Shown here piece after piece: positions 1-8,507 of a stretch of DNA of 64,000 nt. Numbering within the stretch: the first letter of the stretch is position 1; each line of letters starts with the position of its first letter. Both the position numbers and the translations under genes were made by a program. The notes below the pieces were generated by a model, which had not been told where the DNA came from, made no database searches, and was given only the letters and a program-made list of their open reading frames with translations. The stretch comes from an uncultured Pelagibacteraceae bacterium (lineage in GTDB: Bacteria; Pseudomonadota; Alphaproteobacteria; Pelagibacterales; Pelagibacteraceae): positions 11,857-75,856 of the forward strand of contig CACHSH010000001.1 in NCBI GenBank assembly GCA_902582475.1. Reading direction: 5' to 3'.

Positions 1-1
1 A

Positions 2-400
2 GGTATTGGCTATTATACATTGGGAAAAAAAAGAAAAGAAATTAATAATGATGAAAAGAAAAAATATGAAGTTTTGTTTGAAAAGTATTTTTTAAAAAGT
101 TTTACCTCTAGACTAACTGATTATTCAGACCCAAAAATAAGTGTTATAGAAGCTGAGAAAGTAAATGAAAAATACACAATTGTTAAAAGTATGCTGCTTA
201 AAACAGACAAAAAACCTGAGGTCAAAATAGATTGGAGAGTTTATACAAAAAATCCTGAGAAACCCCTAATAAGAGATTTAATAATTGAAGGATTAAGTTT
301 GGCTCGAACACAAAAAGAGGAATTCGCTTCTATACTAAGTACTAATAATAATGATATAAATGCATTATTTATAAAATTAGAAGAGTTCATAAATAAATAA
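2..400 (+). CDS. mlaC: MlaC/Ttg2D-family periplasmic phospholipid-binding protein, C-terminal portion (5' end outside window)
   Basis: Frame is open to the window edge (GIGYYTLGKK...). Collinear similarity to the C-terminal two thirds of E. coli MlaC (YTLGKK vs LVLGQYY; KIDWRVY vs RLDFQWR; LIIEGLSL vs MIAEGVSM). Confidence 0.6.
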   Translation, partial: GIGYYTLGKKRKEINNDEKKKYEVLFEKYFLKSFTSRLTDYSDPKISVIEAEKVNEKYTIVKSMLLKTDKKPEVKIDWRVYTKNPEKPLIRDLIIEGLSLARTQKEEFASILSTNNNDINALFIKLEEFINK

Positions 401-457
401 AAATGATTTGGTATATACTTGTTTCTCTGTGGCTTATAGGGACTATAGCTGAATAAT

Positions 458-534
458 TGGTGGGCCCGCCAGGATTCGAACCTGGGACCAATACATTATG
501 AGTGTACTGCTCTAACCAGCTGAGCTACAGGCCC
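458..534 (-). tRNA. tRNA with CAT anticodon: elongator tRNA-Met or, more likely, lysidine-type tRNA-Ile2
   Basis: 77-nt cloverleaf on minus strand: GGGCCTGTAGCTCAGCTGGTTAGAGCAGTACACTCATAATGTATTGGTCCCAGGTTCGAATCCTGGCGGGCCCACCA. It has an encoded CCA and anticodon loop CT-CAT-AA. G1-C72 pairs, so it is not an initiator. The acceptor stem and D arm resemble tRNA-Ile, and C4-G69/C5-G68 are present. Confidence 0.9.
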
Positions 535-581
535 TTAGTTTAACAATTGAATATTTATCAGGGTTTTGCAAAGAATTCAAA

Positions 582-1397
582 TTAAGATTTAAATTGTTTT
601 TTTAATACTATTTTTCTTCCCATACAAAAAATTTTAGGAAATAATTTTATTAAAGTTTTATCCAAGAGATGTAAAATTTTTAATAAAAATAGTGGCAATG
701 GAATACAGAATGTTTTCGAGGTTACCCCACCTGAATTTAGGAAAATAAAACATTCGCTTAATTTTTCAAATTCTATCGAAAAAAGACTACCTAGGTTTTT
801 TTTGAATTCTTGTCTGTTATCAAATATTAAATGCGGAACCGCTATATTTCCTGCCCAAACATTTTTTTCATCGCTTTTTGGATCCTTCTCATCCCAAACA
901 TTTTTTGTAAAGTCAAAGCCTTCATGTCTCATAATTACAGTCGCTAATTGAAAAATAATTGAGCAGTAGGATTCGAAAATAATTAACTTACCATTTTTTT
1001 TTAATATTCTGTGCATCTCATTAAAAAATTTAATTGGATATGGAATATGGTGAATCATATTTGATGCGATTATATAATCAAAGCTTTCGGGTTTAAAATT
1101 AGTAGACTGTGCATCAACATTTTTAAAATCTAAATGATTATCATTGCTAAGATCTGAGGTCTTAAAATTTTTGTTTTTTATATAGTTTTTTGTAAAACCT
1201 GCACCTGATCCAACTTCTAAACCAGTATCATTTTCATCAATAAATTGATTCATCCAGCCAAATCTATTTTGAAGAAGGAATCTTAAATTTTTAGATTTCT
1301 TATCATTGAATATTTTTATAGCTGCTGATGTATCAGCAACACTTTTCATTTTATTTTCATTAGGTAAAAATTCTATTTTATTTTTAATCTTAAACAT
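582..1397 (-). CDS. class I SAM-dependent methyltransferase (Methyltransf_11-like)
   Basis: SAM-binding motif LEVGSGAGF, acidic residue after beta-2, post-motif IIASNMIHHI and ILKKNGKLIIFE. Substrate unknown. Confidence 0.7.
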   Translation of the reverse strand: MFKIKNKIEFLPNENKMKSVADTSAAIKIFNDKKSKNLRFLLQNRFGWMNQFIDENDTGLEVGSGAGFTKNYIKNKNFKTSDLSNDNHLDFKNVDAQSTNFKPESFDYIIASNMIHHIPYPIKFFNEMHRILKKNGKLIIFESYCSIIFQLATVIMRHEGFDFTKNVWDEKDPKSDEKNVWAGNIAVPHLIFDNRQEFKKNLGSLFSIEFEKLSECFIFLNSGGVTSKTFCIPLPLFLLKILHLLDKTLIKLFPKIFCMGRKIVLKKQFKS

Positions 1398-1407
1398 TTT
1401 TTTATTT

Positions 1408-2994
1408 TTATTTTTTTAGAAAATTTAACTCATCACATGTATTTAATATTTGCAAAACTAAAATATCATTTATTTTTTGATTTGTATAACATTCATCACT
1501 CACTAAACCTTCAAAAATATTACTTTCGCCCTCCATAGGGTGAATTGTGTATATTACTTGAATTTTTTCTTTTTGAATTTTTTCAAGTAAGAAATTTTTC
1601 CAATATACAAAATATTTTTTTCCTGGGTCAGGATAAATATGATGCCTCCACCAAATTCTTGCTGCAGAATTATCTTTTATAGAAAGAGTTGAGGAAATAA
1701 ATTGATAGTCAGTGACAATCATTTTTATTTTTTTGTCATTTTTAATTATTTCCATGCTATCTAATAAATTTTGAATTTCTTGCTTTGGATTTTTTGGATA
1801 ATGATGAGTTATCCATTTTAAATTTTCTAGTTGTTGCCCTAAAATTTTAGAATTTACTGCTTGATTTAGATCAACATCTCTTAAAATTAGTGTGTCCCTT
1901 TTACTGATATATTTCTCATGGTAATAAAAAGTCGAGACTAAGCTAAAAACTACAAAAAATATTACATATCTTTGTTTTTTTTTAAAATTGAAAGAATAGA
2001 TATGTGAAAAAGCAGAGAAAATCGGTATTAAAAAGAAAATAAATAATCCGTTAATTGTCATTAATTGGTGTGTAATGAATAAAAATAAAGTACCTAATAA
2101 CAAAATAAAAATTAAATTATCTTTTAGTAAAATTGATGAAAAATCCTTATAAATACTTCTTATAAGTAAAAATATTGGAACTGATAAAGCAATGTAAATT
2201 AATTTATGCCTCAAAACAATTCTTTGAAAATCAAGGGGTAAAAGCCATTCTAAGCGAGTTTCACCTAAAGACATGGGAAATAGCAAATATTGTATAATAA
2301 TTGATTGGTATGGAATCTTATATACGATAATAAAAATTAAGAAAATAGTAATTGAAAATATAAAACCTAAAAAAATACTTAATAAAATTTTTATTTTAAA
2401 GTTAGAGAATAAATAAAATAAAGTTATAACTCCAGTTAGTAAACCAAAATAGGCGGATGGAGTTTGTTTAGTAAAAAAACCTAAAAATAAAAATATTGGT
2501 AAAAAAAACCAAAAAATATTATTTTTGGTTTTAATTGCAAGGCATAAGCTATAAACCGATAAAATAGAAAATATAGACGCGTGATGATCCGTAAAAGGTA
2601 TTCCATATGTCGGATACATTAAAATTGAGGCTAGGGCTGAGTAAATAAAGCAAAATTTTGTATCTAAATTAAATTTTCTTAAAGTTAAAAATGTAGAAAC
2701 AGCAAAAATAGAGTTAAAAGTTGATGAATGAGCTGCATAACTATACCAGGATACACCAAAAAATTTAAAATAAATGGCTTGAATCAAATCAAGAACGGGT
2801 CCTTTGATTGTCCAAAAATCTTTAAATGGGATTGAATTATTCAGAATATTATAACCAGCATTAAATGTGGAAAAACTATCTACGGGAAGAACTCCAATAA
2901 AAGCATAATATTGATTTACTGAAAAAGATACGCTTATCAGAAAGAAAATATAAAAATACGATTGTTTTTTGATTAAAAAAGATTTTTTAATCAT
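1408..2994 (-). CDS. polytopic membrane protein, GT-C fold glycosyltransferase-like (ArnT/PMT family-like)
   Basis: 528 aa with roughly a dozen hydrophobic segments by eye, an early loop acidic motif PVDSF, and a ~150-aa hydrophilic C-terminal domain. Architecture only; no firm family assignment. Confidence 0.45.
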   Translation of the reverse strand: MIKKSFLIKKQSYFYIFFLISVSFSVNQYYAFIGVLPVDSFSTFNAGYNILNNSIPFKDFWTIKGPVLDLIQAIYFKFFGVSWYSYAAHSSTFNSIFAVSTFLTLRKFNLDTKFCFIYSALASILMYPTYGIPFTDHHASIFSILSVYSLCLAIKTKNNIFWFFLPIFLFLGFFTKQTPSAYFGLLTGVITLFYLFSNFKIKILLSIFLGFIFSITIFLIFIIVYKIPYQSIIIQYLLFPMSLGETRLEWLLPLDFQRIVLRHKLIYIALSVPIFLLIRSIYKDFSSILLKDNLIFILLLGTLFLFITHQLMTINGLFIFFLIPIFSAFSHIYSFNFKKKQRYVIFFVVFSLVSTFYYHEKYISKRDTLILRDVDLNQAVNSKILGQQLENLKWITHHYPKNPKQEIQNLLDSMEIIKNDKKIKMIVTDYQFISSTLSIKDNSAARIWWRHHIYPDPGKKYFVYWKNFLLEKIQKEKIQVIYTIHPMEGESNIFEGLVSDECYTNQKINDILVLQILNTCDELNFLKK

Positions 2995-3006
2995 TAAGAT
3001 TTAAGC

Positions 3007-4893
3007 CTACTTTTCTAAGAAACTCTTAAGTTGCTTAGATCGGCTAGGATGTTTGAGTTTTCTTAAAGCCTTAGCCTCAATTTGTCTTATTCTTTCCCTT
3101 GTAACATTAAATTGTAAGCCTACCTCTTCTAAAGTATGGTCGGTATTCATCCCAATACCAAACCTCATTCTTAAAACTCTTTCCTCCCTTGGGGTTAAAG
3201 ATGCCAAAATTTTAGTTGTAGACTCACTTAAGTTTGATCTTATCGCTGTGTCTAAAGGCTGTAATGCATTTTTATCTTCGATAAAATCCCCTAGACTACT
3301 ATCTTCTTCGTCACCAACTGGGGTTTCTAGAGAAACTGGTTCTTTGGAAATTTTTAAAACTTTTCTAACCTTCTCAAGTGGCATCGCCAATTTTTTTGCT
3401 AATTCTTCTGGTGTAGCTTCTCTACCAAATTCACTTAAAATCTGTCTTTGGGTTCTAACAATTTTATTTATTGTTTCAATCATGTGCACAGGAATTCTTA
3501 TAGTTCTAGCCTGATCTGCTATTGATCTCGTAATAGCTTGTCTAATCCACCATGTTGCATATGTAGAGAATTTATATCCCCGTCTATACTCAAATTTATC
3601 TACTGCTTTCATTAAACCTATATTACCTTCTTGTATAAGGTCTAAAAACTGTAGTCCTCTATTTGTGTATTTTTTTGCTATAGAAATAACTAATCTCAAA
3701 TTGGCTTCGACCATCTCTTTTTTCGCTACTCTTGACTCTCTTTCGCCTTTTTGAATTCTCTTAACTAATGTTTTAAATTCTCCAACTGATAATTCAATTT
3801 TTTTACTAAACTCGATTAGCCTGTCTCTGATATCACTAAACTCTTTTTTATGTTTTTTGAAAAAATTTTTCCAAGTACGATTTTCTTTAAGGAAAGACTC
3901 AAATTTTGAGTTTATTTCATTTCCTACATAATATTTAATAAACTCTTCTCTTGAAATTTTATTTTCTGTTGCAAGTCTTAACAAAACACCTTCTAAAGAA
4001 AGTATTTTTTTATTTTCCTTATAGTGTGCTTGAACTAATTCCTCAACAATTGCCGGGCTTAACTGAAGATTTTTGAAATCTTCAACTAAAATGCTTTGAA
4101 TTTTTTTTAAATTTTTGTTTTTAGAGGCAGATAATTCTTTTGACTCTAAAATACAGTTTAATTTTTCAATCTGATATTTTTTTAATTTTGAATAGTTTTT
4201 TGAAAGATTATGAATTAAAGAGATTATCTTTGGCTTTATTTCCTCTTCCATAGCAGCCAATGAAACGTTAAATTCATCATTCTGATCTACATAATCTTCG
4301 TTTTTCTCATCACCTTTTTCTTTTCCATCCTCATTCTTTTCATTGGTTTTTTTAATTTTTTCCTTATCTTTGCTCTCTTTTTTTGTTTGTTTCTCTTCAG
4401 AGGCATCATTTTCAAAATCTTCGTAGGTAGAATCTATATCAATTATATCCCTGACTAATAATTCATCTTTTTCTAATAGATCTCTCCACTCAAATATTTT
4501 CTTTGCAATCAATGGGCTTTGGGTAAGCGCATTTATCATAACACTTTTACCGGCCTCAATTCTTTTGGCTATTGCAATTTCACCATCTCGTGAAAGTAAT
4601 TCAACTCCGCCCATTTCACGCAGATACATTCGGATTGGATCATCGCTTTTATCTGAAGTTTTTTCTGTATCGCTTTGATTGGTGTCTCTTTTTCTTGTTG
4701 CTTGATAATCTGATTTTTTAGCGACAAGAGTTACTTTTTTATCAAATAAGATTATTAAAGCCTTTTCTAAATTTTCATGCGAACTGTTCCTTTTACCAAG
4801 TGATTTTCCAAGTTCCTCATAAGTAATAAAGCCTCTGTGAAGTCCTTTTTCCAAAAGCCTTTCAAAAGATTTAGTGATAAGTTTGGTTTTCAT
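3007..4893 (-). CDS. rpoD: RNA polymerase primary sigma factor sigma-70
   Basis: Regions 1.2-4.2 are recognisable ([102 protein letters not shown]). Lys/Glu-rich non-conserved insert after region 1.2. Confidence 0.98.
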   Translation of the reverse strand: MKTKLITKSFERLLEKGLHRGFITYEELGKSLGKRNSSHENLEKALIILFDKKVTLVAKKSDYQATRKRDTNQSDTEKTSDKSDDPIRMYLREMGGVELLSRDGEIAIAKRIEAGKSVMINALTQSPLIAKKIFEWRDLLEKDELLVRDIIDIDSTYEDFENDASEEKQTKKESKDKEKIKKTNEKNEDGKEKGDEKNEDYVDQNDEFNVSLAAMEEEIKPKIISLIHNLSKNYSKLKKYQIEKLNCILESKELSASKNKNLKKIQSILVEDFKNLQLSPAIVEELVQAHYKENKKILSLEGVLLRLATENKISREEFIKYYVGNEINSKFESFLKENRTWKNFFKKHKKEFSDIRDRLIEFSKKIELSVGEFKTLVKRIQKGERESRVAKKEMVEANLRLVISIAKKYTNRGLQFLDLIQEGNIGLMKAVDKFEYRRGYKFSTYATWWIRQAITRSIADQARTIRIPVHMIETINKIVRTQRQILSEFGREATPEELAKKLAMPLEKVRKVLKISKEPVSLETPVGDEEDSSLGDFIEDKNALQPLDTAIRSNLSESTTKILASLTPREERVLRMRFGIGMNTDHTLEEVGLQFNVTRERIRQIEAKALRKLKHPSRSKQLKSFLEK

Positions 4894-4954
4894 TAGTTTA
4901 CCGATTTGTGTTTAGGTATATATAGAGACAAATTACTAAAAATCTACACTTAAA

Positions 4955-6721
4955 TTACTCTTTGTTTATCTGCTTTTTTAGCTCAATTAAATCTGAATAA
5001 GATTTTTCATCAAAATTTTCTATGAGTTTTTTTTCAAAACTTTCAATTTTTTTAGAAAATTTAATTTCATTTAGCTCTTTAAGTATCTCATTAAGTAATT
5101 CAATTTGCTGATTTTCATCTTTTTTAAGAAAAATATTTTTTATAACTGCGTTTTGATTAATCTCATTTATTAAATTTGAATATTTGCTCTTAAAGTTTTC
5201 CATTTTTTTTTGGTCTACACTGCCGTTTGCGAGTATAAATAATAATTCCGATTTGAGTTTATTTAAGTTTTCTGATGAAAACTTTATGTCTTCAAAAATT
5301 TCCACTCTAGGAAAAATAATTCTAGGATAATTATACATAATGTAAAGTATCGAATATTCTTTAATCTCCTCTTTTGAAAGGTGTTCTTTAGCGACAGAAA
5401 TTTTTTTGGTTTCATTTAGAATTCTATAACTAGTAAAGTTTTTCCTTCTATAGTTTTTTTGTAAGGGTGTTAAATTTCTAATTTTTTCAAGGTAATTTTC
5501 TAAAATATACTTTTTTAAAGTTTTATCTCTTATTGACTCACATAAATTTTTAAATTTTTTTTCAAATTTTGTAGCAGCAAAAGGATCTGATCTATCAAGA
5601 TTGTTAAGATAAATTCTCCAAATAAACTCTTCTATTGAAAGCTTGTTTGATAGCAAATCTTTAAAACCCTCGATTCCCTTTTGTTTAACATAATCATCAG
5701 GGTCCATTCCTTTTGAGAGGGCAACAAAGTCAATTTTATTATTTTCCTTAATATGAGGCAAAAGATTTTCGGCTATCCGTAAAGCTGCTTTTTGACCACT
5801 TATGTCTCCATCTAAACAAATAATAGGCTTAGAAAAAAACTTCCAAATTAAATTAATTTGACTTTCAGTTAATGCGGTGCCCGAATTGGACACAACATTT
5901 CTTAAACCCGAAGAATATATACTTATAACGTCCATATATCCCTCTACTATAATGACCTCTTGATCTTTATTAGGTACTGATTTCGCCTTATCCAAATTAA
6001 ATATGTGTCGACCTTTTTTATAAAATTCTGTTTCAGGTGAATTAATATATTTTGCTATTTTTTTATCTTGAATAATTCTTCCACCAAAAGCTATCACATC
6101 TCCAATTATATTTCTTATTGGAAAAATTATTCTTGAATGAAACCTATTAATAAATTTTTTATATTTTTCATTTTTATAAAATAACCCTGTTTGAGAAATT
6201 TCCTCCTCACTAAACTTTTTTATTAAATTATTATAATAATCAGAATTGTCTGGGACAAAACCTATTTGAAATTCTGTAATGGTTTGTTTCCCTATGCCTC
6301 TTTTTTTTAAATAATCAAAAGAAAAAGAATTATTTTCTAAAATAAATTTATGATGATACTCACAAAAATCTTTTAAAATATTTCTATAAATTTGATACCT
6401 CTTCTCTTTTTCCACATCAAAATTTGTAAATCTATATGGCTGCATGCCTGCTTGTGCAGCTAATTGCCTTACAGCTTCTCCAAATTTTAAAGACTGAGTT
6501 TTAATTAAAAAATCGAAAATATTTCCATGTTCTCCAGAGCTAAAGCAATGGTAAAATCCTTTTTCGTCGCTGACTGTAAAAGATGGTGTCTTTTCTGTGG
6601 TAAAAGGAGATAGACCTATAAATTCTTTACCTCTCCTCTTTAACTTGACAGATTTGCCTACAACTTGAGAGACTTTTAATCTTAACCTGATTTCTTCTAA
6701 ATAATTTTTTGGATATTTCAT
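4955..6721 (-). CDS. dnaG: DNA primase
   Basis: N-terminal ZBD-like segment (EKTPSFTV..FYHCF), RNA polymerase core, TOPRIM (VIIVEGYMDV, CLDGDISGQKAA). Three Zn ligands are substituted, see findings. Confidence 0.93.
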   Translation of the reverse strand: MKYPKNYLEEIRLRLKVSQVVGKSVKLKRRGKEFIGLSPFTTEKTPSFTVSDEKGFYHCFSSGEHGNIFDFLIKTQSLKFGEAVRQLAAQAGMQPYRFTNFDVEKEKRYQIYRNILKDFCEYHHKFILENNSFSFDYLKKRGIGKQTITEFQIGFVPDNSDYYNNLIKKFSEEEISQTGLFYKNEKYKKFINRFHSRIIFPIRNIIGDVIAFGGRIIQDKKIAKYINSPETEFYKKGRHIFNLDKAKSVPNKDQEVIIVEGYMDVISIYSSGLRNVVSNSGTALTESQINLIWKFFSKPIICLDGDISGQKAALRIAENLLPHIKENNKIDFVALSKGMDPDDYVKQKGIEGFKDLLSNKLSIEEFIWRIYLNNLDRSDPFAATKFEKKFKNLCESIRDKTLKKYILENYLEKIRNLTPLQKNYRRKNFTSYRILNETKKISVAKEHLSKEEIKEYSILYIMYNYPRIIFPRVEIFEDIKFSSENLNKLKSELLFILANGSVDQKKMENFKSKYSNLINEINQNAVIKNIFLKKDENQQIELLNEILKELNEIKFSKKIESFEKKLIENFDEKSYSDLIELKKQINKE

Positions 6722-6722
6722 C

Positions 6723-7178
6723 TTATTTTAAGTTTTCTTTTATTATTTGACTTACTTTTGAAAAATCTAAAACATCAGAGTATTCTTTTTTGAGTGCACC
6801 CATAACCTTGCCCATATCCTTTATGGAGTTAGCTCCAACTTTTTTGATTGTTTCATCACAAATTCTCTTGGTTTCATCTTCGGTTAATTGTTTTGGTAAA
6901 AATTGACTAATAATAGAGATTTCTGTTTCTTCATTTTCTAATAATTCTTGACGTCCTGCTTTTTTATAAGCTTCAACAGAGTCGTTTCTTTGTTTTACCA
7001 TTTTTTTGAGAAGTCCTATTAAATCATTGTCGGGTAGATTTTGTTTATCTTTAATCTTTTTGGCTATCATAGCGTCTTTTATACCTGCTATGACCAATCT
7101 TAGAGTTGAATAGGTTTTTTTGTCTTTTGCTTTTAAAGCCTCATTTAGCTTATTTTCTATTTTGCTTTGAAGGGACAT
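6723..7178 (-). CDS. GatB/YqeY domain-containing protein
   Basis: 151 aa with a typical YqeY layout (MSLQSKI...ALKAKDK..LRL...IK). It sits directly upstream of dnaG-rpoD, 1 nt from the dnaG start. Confidence 0.8.
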   Translation of the reverse strand: MSLQSKIENKLNEALKAKDKKTYSTLRLVIAGIKDAMIAKKIKDKQNLPDNDLIGLLKKMVKQRNDSVEAYKKAGRQELLENEETEISIISQFLPKQLTEDETKRICDETIKKVGANSIKDMGKVMGALKKEYSDVLDFSKVSQIIKENLK

Positions 7179-7234
7179 AATATTTTTAAACTTACTTTAA
7201 TCACATTTTTTTTCAAAAGAAAAAAAGAATGGGG

Positions 7235-7263
7235 TTGACGGCTGTGAACCTTTTTCATATAAA
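7235..7263 (+). promoter_or_regulatory. candidate sigma-70 promoter for carAB
   Basis: TTGACG (7235-7240), 17-nt spacer, TATAAA (7258-7263) in the 126-nt divergent intergenic region. Confidence 0.45.
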
Positions 7264-7304
7264 GCCCAAAACCCTAATTAAAAGGATTTACTTTAACTCA
7301 TGAG

Positions 7305-8507
7305 TTGTATTTGAGACACGTCAAAAACAAAAAAAAAAAATCTCATAATTTTTCGACAGGTATTTTAGTTTTTGAAGATGGCACTAAATTTTTCGGAACA
7401 GGTATTGGCCATGAAGGTTACGCAGTTGGTGAAGTGTGTTTCAACACATCTATTACTGGTTATCAAGAAATAATAACAGACCCCTCTTATTCTGATCAAA
7501 TTATAAATTTTACATTTCCTCACATTGGTAATGTTGGAACAAATATTGAGGATAACGAGGCTGATAAAGTCTGGGCAAAGGGTGTTATTCTTAATTCCAA
7601 TATAACGGAACCATCTAATTACAGATCGATAAAAAAACTAGATAAATGGCTTAAAAAAAGAAAGATTATAGGGATAGTAGGCTTAGATACTAGAGTTATT
7701 ACGAATTATATAAGAGACAAAGGTGCTCCTAAAGGAACAATACAATTTTTAAAAAAAGGAAACCATAACTTAAAAACACTTTTAAAGGATTCAAGGTCAT
7801 GGAGTGGATTATTAGGTTTGGACTTAGCAAGAAAAGTTACATGTAAAAAACTTTATAGATGGAAATCTTTAAAATCCTGGGATAAGAAAAATGGTTACAT
7901 AAAAAATAAGAAGAATAAATATCAAATTATTGCAATTGATTACGGAATGAAAAAAAACCAATTAAGATGTTTTTCTGATATTAATTGCGGTGTAACGGTT
8001 GTCCCAGCAAACTTCCCTGCGGATGAGATTTTAAAACTTAAACCCCATGGAGTTTTTTTGTCTAATGGTCCAGGAGATCCTGCAGCAACTGGGAGATATG
8101 CAATACCAATTGTTAAGAAATTAATTGAAAAAAAAATACCTATTTTTGGTATCTGTTTGGGTCATCAAATTTTGTCATTAGCTCTTGGAGCAAAAACTAA
8201 AAAGATGTCACTAGGACACAGAGGTGCAAACCATCCTGTTAAGGATCTAACTACTAATAAAGTTGAAATAACAAGTCAAAATCATGGATTTGAAGTTGAC
8301 GCTAAATCAATTCCAAAAAATGTAAAAGTCACCCACAAATCTCTTTTTGATGGATCTGTTGAGGGTATAGAAGTAAAAAATAGAAAATTATTTTCTGTCC
8401 AATATCATCCAGAAGCTAATCCTGGGCCACAGGATAGTAAATATTTATTTGAAAAATTTTTAAACAACATTAAATCAAAAAAAAATGGGAAAAAGAAAAG
8501 ATATTAA
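7305..8507 (+). CDS. carA: carbamoyl-phosphate synthase small (glutaminase) subunit
   Basis: [41 protein letters not shown] aligns with the E. coli CarA N-terminus. GATase triad region GICLGHQ and HPE. Start is uncertain (TTG at 7305 or 7311; no in-frame ATG nearby). Confidence 0.95.
   Translation: MYLRHVKNKKKKSHNFSTGILVFEDGTKFFGTGIGHEGYAVGEVCFNTSITGYQEIITDPSYSDQIINFTFPHIGNVGTNIEDNEADKVWAKGVILNSNITEPSNYRSIKKLDKWLKKRKIIGIVGLDTRVITNYIRDKGAPKGTIQFLKKGNHNLKTLLKDSRSWSGLLGLDLARKVTCKKLYRWKSLKSWDKKNGYIKNKKNKYQIIAIDYGMKKNQLRCFSDINCGVTVVPANFPADEILKLKPHGVFLSNGPGDPAATGRYAIPIVKKLIEKKIPIFGICLGHQILSLALGAKTKKMSLGHRGANHPVKDLTTNKVEITSQNHGFEVDAKSIPKNVKVTHKSLFDGSVEGIEVKNRKLFSVQYHPEANPGPQDSKYLFEKFLNNIKSKKNGKKKRY

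Noticed and set aside
3053-3514. 153-aa plus-strand ORF inside rpoD. The same pattern applies to the antisense or overlapping ORFs at 8676-9002, 9825-10058, 11004-11279, 13943-14176, 15260-15454, 15517-15741, 16284-16475, 17691-17903, 17991-18194 and 19755-19955.
   Set aside because: Each lies entirely within, and mostly antisense to, a strongly supported conserved gene. They have low-complexity or hydrophobic translations typical of the reverse frame of AT-rich coding DNA, and no start context.
4270-4440. Lys/Glu/Asp-rich low-complexity insert in rpoD (..[43 protein letters not shown]..)
   Set aside because: A variable acidic non-conserved region between sigma regions 1.2 and 2 is normal for primary sigma factors. 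Not considered unusual.
7229-7303. 24-codon upstream ORF (MGLTAVNLFHIKPKTLIKRIYFNS) ending 1 nt before the carA TTG; possible leader peptide
   Set aside because: Its ATG lies upstream of the best promoter match (TTGACG at 7235), so it would not be on the carA transcript if that promoter is real. It has no Arg or pyrimidine-sensing codon runs and no attenuator hairpin. Left as unsupported.
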